The position numbers and the translations under genes are program-made. A stretch of 64,000 bases of DNA from Eledone cirrhosa. Taxonomy: Eukaryota. Below the pieces are notes generated by a model. That model made no database searches. It had not been told where the DNA came from and saw only the letters and a list, made by a program, of their open reading frames with translations. Shown one piece after another: positions 22,673-34,027 of this stretch (position 1 is the stretch's first letter; every line of letters starts with the position of its first letter). The stretch lies in assembly GCA_964016885.1 (NCBI GenBank), contig OZ024742.1, forward strand, positions 43,586,001 through 43,650,000, in the 5' to 3' direction.

Positions 22673-23590
22673 TACACACACAGAAATGTATATATATTTC
22701 TGTGTGTATATATATATATATTACACACACAGAAATGTATATATATATACACACAGAAATATATATACATCCCTTAGCTACTGTACTGTATCTGTTGCTA
22801 TCTCTCTCTCTCTCCAGCTATCCCTCTCTTTTAGTCTGTCTGTTTCTCTCACTCTCACTCTTTCTCTTTGTAACACACTAACATTCCTCCCCTCTATCGC
22901 TGTGACGAATGGGGAGATGGAGGAGGAGGAGAAGGAGAGAGTCACTTCGTCACTTCACCTCTGCCTTTCTTTCTCTCCCCTCTCACTCCCTCATTACGTA
23001 CAGACATTAGGGTGGTGGATTGGCAGAATCTGTAGAGAGTCGGACACCATGCTTCATAGCATGGAGTTACGTCCCTTTACGGTCTGAGTTCAAATACCGC
23101 CGAGGTTAACTTTGCCTTTCATCCTCACGGGGTCGATAAAATAAAGTACCAGTAATGTACTGGGTAATTGCTGGCCTTGTGCCAAAAGTAGAAACAATTA
23201 TTAGAAACATTGCTTCATTTTTACATATCTAAGCATTAGTAAAATAACTAATAATTTCAAAAGTAATTTTTCAATTCCAATTGTTATGAACAGCAAAACA
23301 TTAATTTTGTTCTAAGAAATATATATACATTTCTGTGTGTGTAATATATATATATATACACAGAAATATATATACATTTCTGTGTGTGTAATATATATAT
23401 ATATACACACACAGAAATATATATATATACACACAGAAATATATATACATTTCTGTGTGTGTAATATATATATATATACACACAGAAATATATATACATT
23501 TCTGTGTGTGTAATATATATATATATACACACACAGAAATATATATACATTTCTGTGTGTGTAATATATATATATACACACACAGAAATA
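21810..23590. repeat. Palindromic minisatellite blocks and CA/TA microsatellites
   Basis: Unit ACACAGAAAT-ATATATAC-ATTTCTGTGT plus (TA)n in blocks at 21810-21920, 22555-22770 and 23315-23590. Confidence 0.85.
23010..23201 (+). mobile_element. Nin/Deu-like SINE
   Basis: GGTGGTGGATTGGCAGAATC...GAGTTCAAATACC...GCCTTTCATCCTCACGGGGTCGATAAAATAAAGTACCAG...GAAACAATTATT. Confidence 0.88.
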
Positions 23591-23602
23591 TATGGGCATT
23601 TC

Positions 23603-23640
<38 letters not shown>

Positions 23641-24145
23641 CTTCCCTAAAACTCAAATGTAGGTGCTACAGAAATATTACCTTCCCCTTGCTTTCTCCAC
23701 TTTGGTACTACCAAGAGAAACACTGTCGCTATAGAAACATTACCTTCCCCTCTCCACTGACTTTTGTCACTGAGGCCGAGGGAATCGCTGATTGCTATAG
23801 AGACACCTTGCACAAGCCAGAAGTAACCAGTTCGAGGTGGTTCTGACTTGACACCATGCCAAGGACCATTTGAAGATATATTTCCATCATTATATCATAA
23901 CGTTTATGTATCATAACGTTTATATTTCCGTCACTAATCTCTTTTTCTCCTTTTTCGTTTTAACATATATTTATTTCAAAGATTTCACCGTATAGATAAC
24001 ATATATATTTATACATACATAAAAGACACACCGAGAGACGGTGAACATGTGGTGCCGAAAACATTTCTCATCCAAATCTCAACAATATCAGTATATACAC
24101 TAGATTTGCTAGCAGAAAACCGCCCACCGGGTGGTTTTCTGCTAG

Positions 24146-25128
24146 TCTATATATATAAAACTGAGGATGTCTGTCTGTGTGTGTGTGAGTTTGAATCCCT
24201 AAAGCTCGAGAAGCACCCAACCGACTGTTTTCAGACTTTACACATGTAATACTTATGTTTCAGGGAGTGTTCTGAGCAAAAACAATTTCAAATTTTCAAT
24301 GCCCTAGGGACCACATTAGGCGATTTAGCGATCTCTCTCTATAATTCTTAGTCTTTCTCTTTTTAGATAGATACATACATATAACGTCGCGCCCTTATAA
24401 TATCTGTCTGTATGTCTGGCTGTCTGCATTACGTCACTTCCCTGAGGATGTCTGTCTGTGTGTGTGTGTGTCTGTGAGTTTGAATCCCTAAAACTCGAGA
24501 AGTATCCAACCGACCTTTTTCAAACTTTACATGTGTATTATTTATGTTTCAGGGAGTGTTATGCACATAAAAAATTCAACTTTTTGATCCCCTAGGCCCG
24601 CATTAGATGAAAAAATGATTTTTTTTTCAGGTTTTTAGGGGTTTTTTGAGGCGTTACGTCAGACCAATTTCTTTGAAATTGTAACTATGTATAACTATGT
24701 ATGGTGCGGGCCTCCATTCTACAGTCATCATCATCATCATCATCTTCGTTTAACGTCCATCTTCCATGCTACCATGGGTTAGTCTCTTCTTCATACCGTG
24801 AGCAAAGAAAATCCAACTTTTTTATGGCCTAGGGCCCGTATTAGGTGAAAACCTTCACTTTTTCAGCTTTTTAGGGCTTTTTTGAGGCGTTACGTCTAGC
24901 CGATTTTCCCAAAATTTCAAGGCATATTATGCACATAAAAAATAATTCATTTTCTTGATCCCCTAGGTGAAAACCTGCATTTTTCCTGCTTCATCGAGGA
25001 AAATCTTAAAGATTATCCAGCCATCAGAGTATTCGGTTTATTTTCTTTACAAATTGTCCAGGCATGCAGTTTTTCCACGATTAGGTCTGTTGGTGGCCTG
25101 CGTTCCAAAATACCTTATCTCCTGCTAG
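24146..25128 (+). mobile_element. Helitron-like non-autonomous element
   Basis: 5' TCTATATATATAAAA then GTCT/GT microsatellite; 3' CTAG|T; internal duplication (24163 vs 24443); second copy at 46774. Confidence 0.6.
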
Positions 25129-25271
25129 TATATAATAAATGTAATCTGAGTTTTTCGAATATTAATAATATTCGATTTGTTTGCAATTATGCAAACGGTC
25201 TATTTTTTAAAGTCATGTCAGTAGAATGAGCCCCCCGTTCTTGCTCTTGTGTGGGCATGCAAACAGAACTG

Positions 25272-25313
25272 CAGACACTAACGTTTCTGGGTATAACCCT
25301 TTATCAGTGCCTA
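25272..25313 (-). ncRNA. Degenerate PLE-type hammerhead-like motif
   Basis: TAGGCA-CTGATAA-AGGGT-TAT-ACCC-A-GAAAC-GTTAG-TGTCTG; one core mismatch. Confidence 0.45.
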
Positions 25314-25779
25314 GTATATTTAGAGTATGTCTAACATATTAGTTCTGAAATACCTAAAGCCCCTAGACTTAAGGTATTTCAGACCCCACATGGCAGAGAG
25401 ATATATTATATCTTGATGAAGTGGGGTGAAAGTTTGAAGTGCCATGTGGGGTCTGAAATACTTAAAAGCCTAGGGGCCTCAACATGGGTTAATATGGTGC
25501 GGGCCTCCATTCTGCAGTCATCATCATCATCATCATCTTCGTTTAACGTCCATCTTCCATGCTACCATGGGTTAGACGCAATCTAATTTGTCATTGGAAA
25601 TAATATGTTAGACATTGCCCTAGGCTACAACCTCATCTTACAAGATGGGTGCCCTTTTGCTTTTTTCTCTAGCACTCTTTCCAGCTTTGAATTATCATAT
25701 TCTTTTATTGAGAAAGTATCTACCACATATGTGCATGTGTAATATATATATCTGTGTGTAAAAAATAAATATGCAAGTA

Positions 25780-26076
25780 TGTGTGTATTGGACCTTTGTC
25801 CATTCTGATGATGAGTGTTCCAGTTACATGATCAACAGAACAGCCTGCTTTTATAATCAACAAGTATGAGGCTTGCATTCCACAAACACGTGTACCCACA
25901 ACATAATTATGTAGGAGATTCAGCATGACAGTGTGTTACAAAGTTGCCTCTTTAAATTACAAGTACAACTGGAGCAACATGGAATAAAGTGTCTTGCTCA
26001 AGAACACAACGCAGCACTGAGAATCAAACTAATGACTTTATGTTTGAGAGCCGAATATCCTAACCACTAAGCCACA
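25780..26076 (-). mobile_element. CORE-like tRNA SINE
   Basis: TGGCTTAGTGGTTAGG head and TTGAGCAAGACACTTTATT core on minus strand; same family at 35930-36212. Confidence 0.7.
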
Positions 26077-26849
26077 TCCTAATATATATCTGTCTAAGTA
26101 TGAAAGATATATCAATTTTATTAACACACACACACACACACACATTTTTAAGTGCGTGTTTAACTTAATGACATCTGAAGCTGTTGTCAATCATTTTTAA
26201 CTCCACTGCAAAGATAGGACACACATACATATACATACATATGCACACATACTTTTGGAAGACCAAACAAAATTATCTTAGTAAATTAATTTTCGCCTGA
26301 TCTAATTGATGATTGAACATGACTGACCATTTATTTCTGTATGATGTTTAGATAGACAGGTAGGTAGACAGGTAAGTAGTCTTCTATGTATGTAGGTTGG
26401 TAAGTATGTAGGTAGGTATGTGATGTTAAGGTGTTGGATTAACCATTTTGATGCCAAACTGCTTGAAACCCCTCTGGTTCTATGATAGAAAACTGTTTAT
26501 TTTAGAGTGTTTATATCTATCAAAAACTCTTCCATCATAATTTTATGTAAGAACCTTTGTTAAGTTATGTTTCAAACCCCAGCTTAACAATGCTTTCTAA
26601 TTCTGGTACAATGCCAGCAATTTTGGGAGAAAAAGAAAGTCAATTATGTTGGTCCCAGTACTTGTTGGTACTTTATTTTACTGATATCAAAGTTGATGTC
26701 GGCAGAATTTGAGCTCACAAACTAAAGAGCCAGAACAAATACTGCTAAGCATTTGTATTTATAATATAATATACACTAAACTTTGATAAAAAGCAATCAC
26801 ATCAGCTTGATAAATGATGACTTCAGAATCACATTTACAGCAACATTCA

Positions 26850-27222
26850 ACCCTGAGCACCTTTTTGAATTCCATGTGTCTAACACCCGTGGACATGCCT
26901 ACAAAATCAGATAACAGTACAGCTCCCATGACTTTCGGAAACATTTCTTCATGCTCAGAGTTGCTGAAGCATGGAACAAAATACCTGCATCAGTTGTTAG
27001 CTGTTGGGACACTGCATCCTTCAAAATCTCCATGCTTCCTGAAATTTGCCAACACTACACCTGATATCCCCCCTCTATACACATGAACGCATGTATCTGA
27101 GTGCAAATCATGACTCATACACTGTTCACTTTCCTGACATTTTTACATTATTCTAAGTACTATACATGCACCTTTGATGAGTTGTAGTGCACCTGAGCAA
27201 TGTACACAATAATTTAATTATT
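26850..27222 (+). mobile_element. CR1-like LINE 3' end
   Basis: Homologous to 28703-29345 and 32252-32720. Confidence 0.85.
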
Positions 27223-27594
27223 ATCATTCTCCCTAAGCTGCATAGGTACACATCTGCACAATCACTGTATTGGTGCTGCATACATTAAAATGTTGCCACT
27301 AAGTAGGTTCAAATGTTCTGCTCTGTGGTTGCGAAAAAATAAATGAAAGATTAATAAAACTTGAAACAGCACTGTCTGAAATTCTCAAAATGTACTGGCA
27401 ACACTGTGATATATTCACAGAGTAAAATAGAGAAAAATAAATTTTTCTTTGATAGTAAAGCTACCCATATATTAATATATGTTTTTATATACACCTCTAT
27501 TATATATATATATATATACATACAATCATTTTCTTACATCTACTGGCCAATTAATAAGGCTTAAACATCACAGAAAAATTTGTTTCTAGGTGAT

Positions 27595-28174
27595 CAAATT
27601 AGCTAGGGAGGAGATACTCCGAGGCCGTAGTGTCTAGAAAAAGGACAGGAGGGAAGAACTTTAGGGAGCTGCTTCCTCTGTTGACAACAAAGAGTTTCTC
27701 CTTACAAATGAAAGATCGGTTGTATGATGCCTGTGTGAGATGCGCGATGCTTCATGGTAGTGAGACATGGGCGGCTACTGCAGAGGATATGCAACGGCTG
27801 TAGAGAAATGAAGCAAGCATGCTCCGATGGGTGTGAAATGTCAATGTGCATGAACAACCAAGCATGGACGAGTTGACAGTACTGTGTGTAAGAGGACTAA
27901 ACTGTAGTGGCAGGAGAGAAGACTGCATTGGTATGGCCATGTGATGCGCATGGAAGATGACCACTGGGTGAAGAAGTGCCAAGTGGAAAGAAGATGCAGT
28001 AGAGGAAGACCACGAAAAACATGGGTGGAGGTGGTGAGAGCTGACCTCACATCACTGAAGTTCATAGAGGAGATGCCGAAGGACCGTGACAAATGGAGAA
28101 ATGCTGTGCTGAAGAGGACCCGTCCCACCCTTGTAAGCAGGGAAAAGTGGACATAAAATGATGATGATGATGAT
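27595..28174 (+). mobile_element. Degenerate RTE (family D) 3' end
   Basis: [41 protein letters not shown]; (GAT)n tail. Confidence 0.85.
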
Positions 28175-28422
28175 ATATTCACTTGCTGTTGAAATGACAT
28201 GAGCTCAGCCGTCTGGCACTAACTTTTCACTATACATATATTCTATTTTCCCAAGTATTGAGTTCAACTTAGTCTTACTACTCTAAACTGGTAATTCCCA
28301 ATCCTTGATAGCAGAAACACCAAATGTTAAAAAACGATGATGATGATGATGATGAAACCATTTATCTCTAGGACTGTCTGTGTTTCATTTGTTTTCTTGT
28401 ATTCACCTATATATATATATAT

Positions 28423-28590
28423 ATCATCACCATCATCATCACCGTTTAACGTCTATCTTCCACGCTAGCATGGGTTTAGACAGGAATTATCCCACTTGAG
28501 GCAAGATTGGTCGTCTTGCTCGTATAGGACTGTCTGGCAGGTTTTCTGCAGCTGGATGCCCTTCCTAACACCAACCACGTTTAGAGTGTG
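28423..28590 (-). mobile_element. RTE-type 3' UTR fragment
   Basis: (ATC)n plus GGATGCCCTTCCTAACACCAACC. Confidence 0.75.
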
Positions 28591-28702
28591 GATCATCATC
28601 ACTGTTTTATGTCCATTTTCTACACTAGCATGGGTTATATATATATATGTATATCATCATCATCGCCATTTAATGCCCATTATTTCACACAGGCTTGTGT
28701 TA

Positions 28703-29345
28703 GACGAGCTCTCCTATTGAGAGATAAGCCAGAGACGTGCAACCAAGCGAATACCCTCCATCAGGCATCTACCATACTCTGAGCGCCTTGCTTCCCTGGG
28801 CATGGATACATTGAAGCTCTGACGCCTGGCAACTGACTTGGTAAACACCCACAAAATTGTTAACCATGTTGCCAACAACAACCCTGAGTACCTTTTTGAT
28901 TTCCATGTGTCTAACACGCGTGGACATGCCCACAAAGTAAGAAAACAGCACAGTTCCCATGACTTTCGGAAACATTTTTTCACGCTCAGAGTTGCTGAAG
29001 CATGGAACAAACTACCTGCATCAGTTGTTAGCTGTCGAGACACTGCATCCTTTAAGGCCTCTATGCTTCCCGAGATCCGCCAACACTACAGCTAACACAT
29101 ACACTCATGTACTTCCCTGACATTTGTGTATTATTCTATGTACTATACATACACCTTTGACGAGTTGTAGTGCACTTGAGCACTTTACACAATAATTTCA
29201 TTATTATGTGTATATCATGACTCATGCACTGTTCATTTTCCTGATGTTTGTACATTACCCTATGTACTATACATACACTTTTTGATGAGTTGTAGTGCAC
29301 CTGAGCACTGTACACAATATTTCATTATTATTATTATTATTATTA
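28703..29345 (+). mobile_element. CR1-like LINE 3' end with duplicated 3' UTR and (ATT)n tail
   Basis: QRRATKRIPSIRHLPYSERLASLGMDTLKL*RLATDL...NTRGHAHKVRK...RKHFFTLRVAEAWNKLP; UTR repeated at 29103 and 29220. Confidence 0.88.
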
Positions 29346-29353
29346 TCAGATAA

Positions 29354-30022
29354 CCATGACTTGCTCATACAGAACTGATTTTGGCTTGGTTTCTACAGCT
29401 AGATTCCCTTCCTAATGACAACCATATTTACAGTGTGGGCTGGGTGTTTTTTGTCGTGACACCTATATGACCACTTTAAGTGTGTACTGGGTGCTTTTTG
29501 TCGTGACACCTATATGACCACTTTACAGTATGTACTGGGTGCTTTTTGTTGTGATATCTACACAACCACTTTACAGTGTGGACTGGGTGCTTTTTGTCAT
29601 GAAACCTGCACGACCACTTTACAGTGTGGGCTGGGTGCTTTTGTCATGACACCTACACGATCACTGTACAGTATGGGTTGGGTTCTTTTTGTTATGACAC
29701 CTACACAACCACTTTTCAGTGTGTACTGGGTGCTTTTTGTCATGACATCTACATGATCACTTTACAGTGTGGGCTGGGTGCTTTTTCTCGTAGCACCAAA
29801 ACGACAACTTTACTGTATGGGCTGGGAGCTGGGGTGGGGAAGGTGCATGGAAATGGGAGAGGTAATTTATGTGGGTGAAGTGTGGGGTTTTATGTCATGG
29901 GAGGAGTGTTAGGACAGGGGAGGGGAAAGTAGGGAAAAGTGGTGCATACTATATGTGTGCTTCAACATGTGCATATAGGAAGGTGGGTCTTCTGTATTAC
30001 TGCATAACGCCAGAGATCTCGA
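29354..30022 (-). mobile_element. RTE 3' end with expanded 48-bp repeat
   Basis: RDLWRYAVIQKTHLP on minus strand at about 29975-30022; about 8.5 units of TTTACAGTGTGGGCTGGGTGCTTTTTGTCGTGACACCTACACGACCAC at 29428-29826. Confidence 0.8.
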
Positions 30023-30191
30023 TATAGATATATATATATACAGCCTGATGTATTAGTGAATGCAGCACATAAAGCAAATTCGCATACTTCAAGTTCGTGT
30101 AAAAAGCAAACAGACTGTATATATATATATAACTGTAAAAATTGCCTCATGTTTTTCATTTATTAACCAAATATATATATATATATATATA

Positions 30192-31005
30192 TAATGAAAA
30201 ACTGAACAGGGACAGAACAGAGAGGCAGTACGATAAATGTTTATTAAATTCACGCTCAGGAGAGTGGGGGGTAGGTGGGGGACGACGTTTCGGGCATAAG
30301 CCCTTCTTCAGGTGAGAGTTCAAAAGGTGTGTAGGGGAGTGGTGGAGAGACATATAGCGAAAGGAAACGGTGCGAATGAAAAATTAACAAATAAAGACAA
30401 AAATATAATAAATAATAAATAAGAATAAAGCATGATCAAAATACAAGGAATGAGAACATTTAAAAATAAAGGCATGATCAAAATAAACTGAAATTAAAAG
30501 GGGGGTAAACAGGTGGTGGAAGGGTGTGGGGTGAGTAGAGGTGGTGGCGGGTGGAGTGGGGAGAGGGAGACGGGGTGTCCGAGCGGGGAGGGCTGAAGGT
30601 GGTGTGTGTGGTTAGGTGTGCGTGTGTGTGTGTGTGTGTGTATGTGAAAGTGAGGGTTGGGGGAAGAACGGGGTTGCATGTTCAGGAAGGTGTGTGGGGG
30701 GTGTTTTGTGGGTCGGAGGGTCTGTGCGTGTGTGGATAGGGGGGTGGGGGGAGAGGAATCAGGGGGCTGAGGGTGTAAATATGTGGTGGGAAGCACGTGT
30801 GTGTGGTTTAAGCGTGTTGTGGGTGTGGGTGGCGTGTGGATAAAAAAAATTTTTTTGGGGTGTGTGTGTGGGTGAGTTATATAGGTGATGGTGTAAGAGG
30901 ATGGTTGAAAAGTGGTAAGTTACACGGATGTATGGAGATTTTGGTTGGAAGTCAATAACGCGTGTGGGTAATCCAAGAAGCGGTGGTCGGAAGAGGAGAG
31001 ATGTG
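30192..31005 (-). mobile_element. Probable Penelope-type pLTR or non-autonomous element inserted in (TA)n
   Basis: Minus strand C-rich tract, then CCTGAAGAAGGGCTTATGCCCGAAACGTCG (30281-30312), AATAAA and (TA)n; no ORF. Confidence 0.55.
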
Positions 31006-31233
31006 ATATATATATATGTATATATATGGTTGATAAATGAAAAATATGAGGCAATTTTCAGTTATATTCACACACACATATATAAATATAAACTTATTAT
31101 TATCATATAACAGATCAATGACAGTGATTGTACCACACTGTTTCAAAATTAATAATAGCCATATTTTTCCTTTTATAACCTGTGTTAGTTACTCATGCAT
31201 GTTAAGGGAGACAAGTCCTTCAACATATGTTAA

Positions 31234-31298
31234 AAAGTTTTCTCCCCATAGCTTACAAACTATTTATAATAGTTTGTAAGCTATGGGGAGAAAACTTT
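31234..31298. repeat. Perfect 31-bp inverted repeat with 3-nt loop
   Basis: AAAGTTTTCTCCCCATAGCTTACAAACTATT-TAT-AATAGTTTGTAAGCTATGGGGAGAAAACTTT. Confidence 0.95.
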
Positions 31299-31479
31299 CA
31301 ATTGGCAGAATCGGTAGAATGATTAACAATATTTTGTTGTCTCTTACATTCTGAAATTGATTTTGCTTTTCAGCCCACCAAGTCGAAAAGTAACCAAAAT
31401 CTGTTGTCTGGCATCTATGTATGAAATTTGTAATATTTCCACATCAATACTACATCATAACCACCACCACCACCACCTA

Positions 31480-31620
31480 AACTATACTAAACAGTATGGG
31501 GCTAACGACTGAGACCTGATGCACACTTACCTGCATGCTAAATTTTTCATTGACTGTGATGCTAAATCTCACAAGCCATTTCCCTACACCCAGTTTTCTA
31601 CATGACCACCAGACTACATA
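31480..31620 (-). mobile_element. Old RTE RT fragment
   Basis: VVWWSCRKLGVGKWLVR...VHQVSVVSPILFSIV in ORF 31477-31677. Confidence 0.7.
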
Positions 31621-31683
31621 TGTGTGTGTGCGTGGGTGTTGCTGTAAGAATGTGTGAGTATGTATGTGAGTGTGCATATGTAG

Positions 31684-31719
<36 letters not shown>

Positions 31720-31949
31720 ATATTATATGTATGTGTTCTATCATCAAGATATTGCTTTAATAAGCTGTCTTAACACACTTTCAAAAGTATTTGTCAACAC
31801 TGGGTTTGATGTAATCAAATTTTCCCTCCCTGCATATTGTTGGTCTTGTACCTAAATTAGAAATCATTATTATTACTTACTGTTATATCACCCCAAATAC
31901 TGAGTTTGGGGATTTACCTGAGTCACATGTCAATAATAATTTGTGTGAA

Positions 31950-32234
31950 TTAATGAGGAACTTCTACACTTCCGAATCCGTACAGAGTTCTACCCAGTCT
32001 CTTCAGAGCATAGACGACATCCATGGCGGTCACTGTCTTCCTCTTGGCATCACGGATGATGTTCTTAAGGAATACCTTCAATACACCATGGATCTCTTCA
32101 TAGATCAAACCAGGGATCCGTTTGACACCACCTCGACGAGCAAGACGATGGATAGCGGGCTTGGTGATACCCTGGATGTTATCTCTCAACACCTTCCTGT
32201 GATGCTTGGCGCCTCCTTTTCCATGTCCAGTCAT
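31950..32234 (-). pseudogene. H4: Histone H4 pseudogene (open frame, two 7-aa deletions)
   Basis: [28 protein letters not shown]...[24 protein letters not shown]; lacks KGLGKGG and VTYTEHA; several R>H changes; stop lost; no stem-loop downstream. Confidence 0.93.
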
Positions 32235-32251
32235 TGTCAGTTATCAAAATA

Positions 32252-32720
32252 TCTGAACACCTTGCTTCCCTGGGCATGGATACATTGAAGCTCCGACGCC
32301 TGGCAACTGACTTGGTAAACACCCACAAAATTATTAACCATCTTGCCAACAACAACCATGAGCACCTTTTTGATTTTCATGTGTCTAACACACGTGGGCA
32401 TGCCAACAAAGTCAGAAAACAGTACAGCTCCCATGACTTTCGGAAACATTTTTTCACGCTCAGAGTTGCTGAAGCATGGAACAAACTACCTGCATCAGTT
32501 GTTAGCTGCCGAGACACTGCATCCTTTAAAACCTCCATGCTTCCTGAGATTCACCAACACTATACCTGATATCCCCCCTCCATACACACGCACACATGTA
32601 TTTCATGACTCGTACATTGTTCATTTTCCCGACATTTGTACATTATTCTATGTACTATACATGCACCTTTGATTAGTTGTAGTGCACCTGAGCACTGTAC
32701 ACAATAATTTCATTATTATT
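32252..32720 (+). mobile_element. CR1-like LINE 3' end
   Basis: LASLGMDTLKLRRLATDL...RVAEAWNKLP; 3' UTR; ATT tail. Confidence 0.88.
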
Positions 32721-33344
32721 ACACAGTTGCTTAACTTCTAAGAACTGATAGTTAAATCTCCCTCAAATACACCCTACCATCTTCATAAAAGAAGGATACA
32801 GATATTGTAGTCCTAGATAAAAAATGTAAGGATGTTTGAGACATCTTTCATCATAGGTCAATTGAATCAAGACTGACCTGTGGCTAAATAAAAACACTAA
32901 CATTTTTTAATTCACCTACAAGGTGGCAAATCATTAGAATGATAGATTAAATGCTTCAATATTTGTTCAGGCTCTCTGTGAGCTGATTTCAAATCCCACT
33001 TGGCACTAGCACTACCAGTTTATAGAGTATAATTAACACATTTTATCAAGACAACAACACTGCCACTTTAAAGTTTATTGGATGCATTTTATAATGTTAT
33101 CATGGCAGCAACACTACCATTTTACAGAGTGTAGTGGGTGCATTTTATCGGGACACCAGCGCTGCTACTTTACAGAATTTATACAAAGAAAATATATATG
33201 ACAGTCAAGAAACTTGACTTGGAAAAAAAAAAGAGAAACTAAAAACGAATATTACTAAGGAATATGAAATCCAAGCTTTACAAAGAACTGATCATCAGGG
33301 TAAAAAACAAATGATAAAAAATGATAAAAACCAATTCTACTTAC

Positions 33345-33433
33345 TTGGAAGTCAACCGCGCTGGAAATTAGGTGCTTGTCCTTCTTCATGGTAATAAGAT
33401 TGCAGACAAATTGGATGACGTCTTGTAGATAAC
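33345..33433 (-). CDS. Candidate internal exon of an unidentified host gene (89 nt)
   Basis: Acceptor TTCTTGATATTAG, donor CAA|GTAAGT, open frame (G)YLQDVIQFVCNLITMKKDKHLISSAVDFQ, not repeated elsewhere in the window. Confidence 0.4.
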
Positions 33434-34027
33434 CTAATATCAAGAATACATTATGAATGTCAGAATTAGCAAATATAGGCAACTGTTACCTACATAACGA
33501 TTTCTAATTTAGGAACAAGGCCAGTAATTTGTTGAAAAAAAGGGGAAAATCGATTATATTGACCTCGCTATATTACTGGTATTTTATTTTATTGTCCCAG
33601 AAGGATGAAAGATAAAGTTGATTTCAATGGGATTGGAACTTAGAAGATAAAGGGGCGTAACTATATGCAACAAAGTATTTTATCTGATGATAGCATAAAC
33701 ATGATAAATGATAACATATGCATGCCTTTATATATAGGTATATGCTTGTGTGCATATATGTGTGTGTGTGTGTGGGGGGGGGGGTTATGACGGGACCAGC
33801 TCCTTTCATGTTACAATACCCCTCACACTAGACACTATACCCATTATGTTAAATTCTGGAATTCTCCTCTATACTGCCCATATTTTTCCTATAGGCATCA
33901 ACATACAACAACATCAATCTCACCAGTCTAGGATAGTTTATAAAGGTCTTGGATACTGCCTTTCTTCCTGACTAAACAATTAACCCTTTTGTAACCATAT
34001 TTCTAATGATATACACTGTATTTCAAT

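Noticed and set aside
29428-29826. CRISPR-like regular array
   Set aside because: Tandem units without unique spacers, derived from an RTE 3' UTR; eukaryotic context and no cas genes
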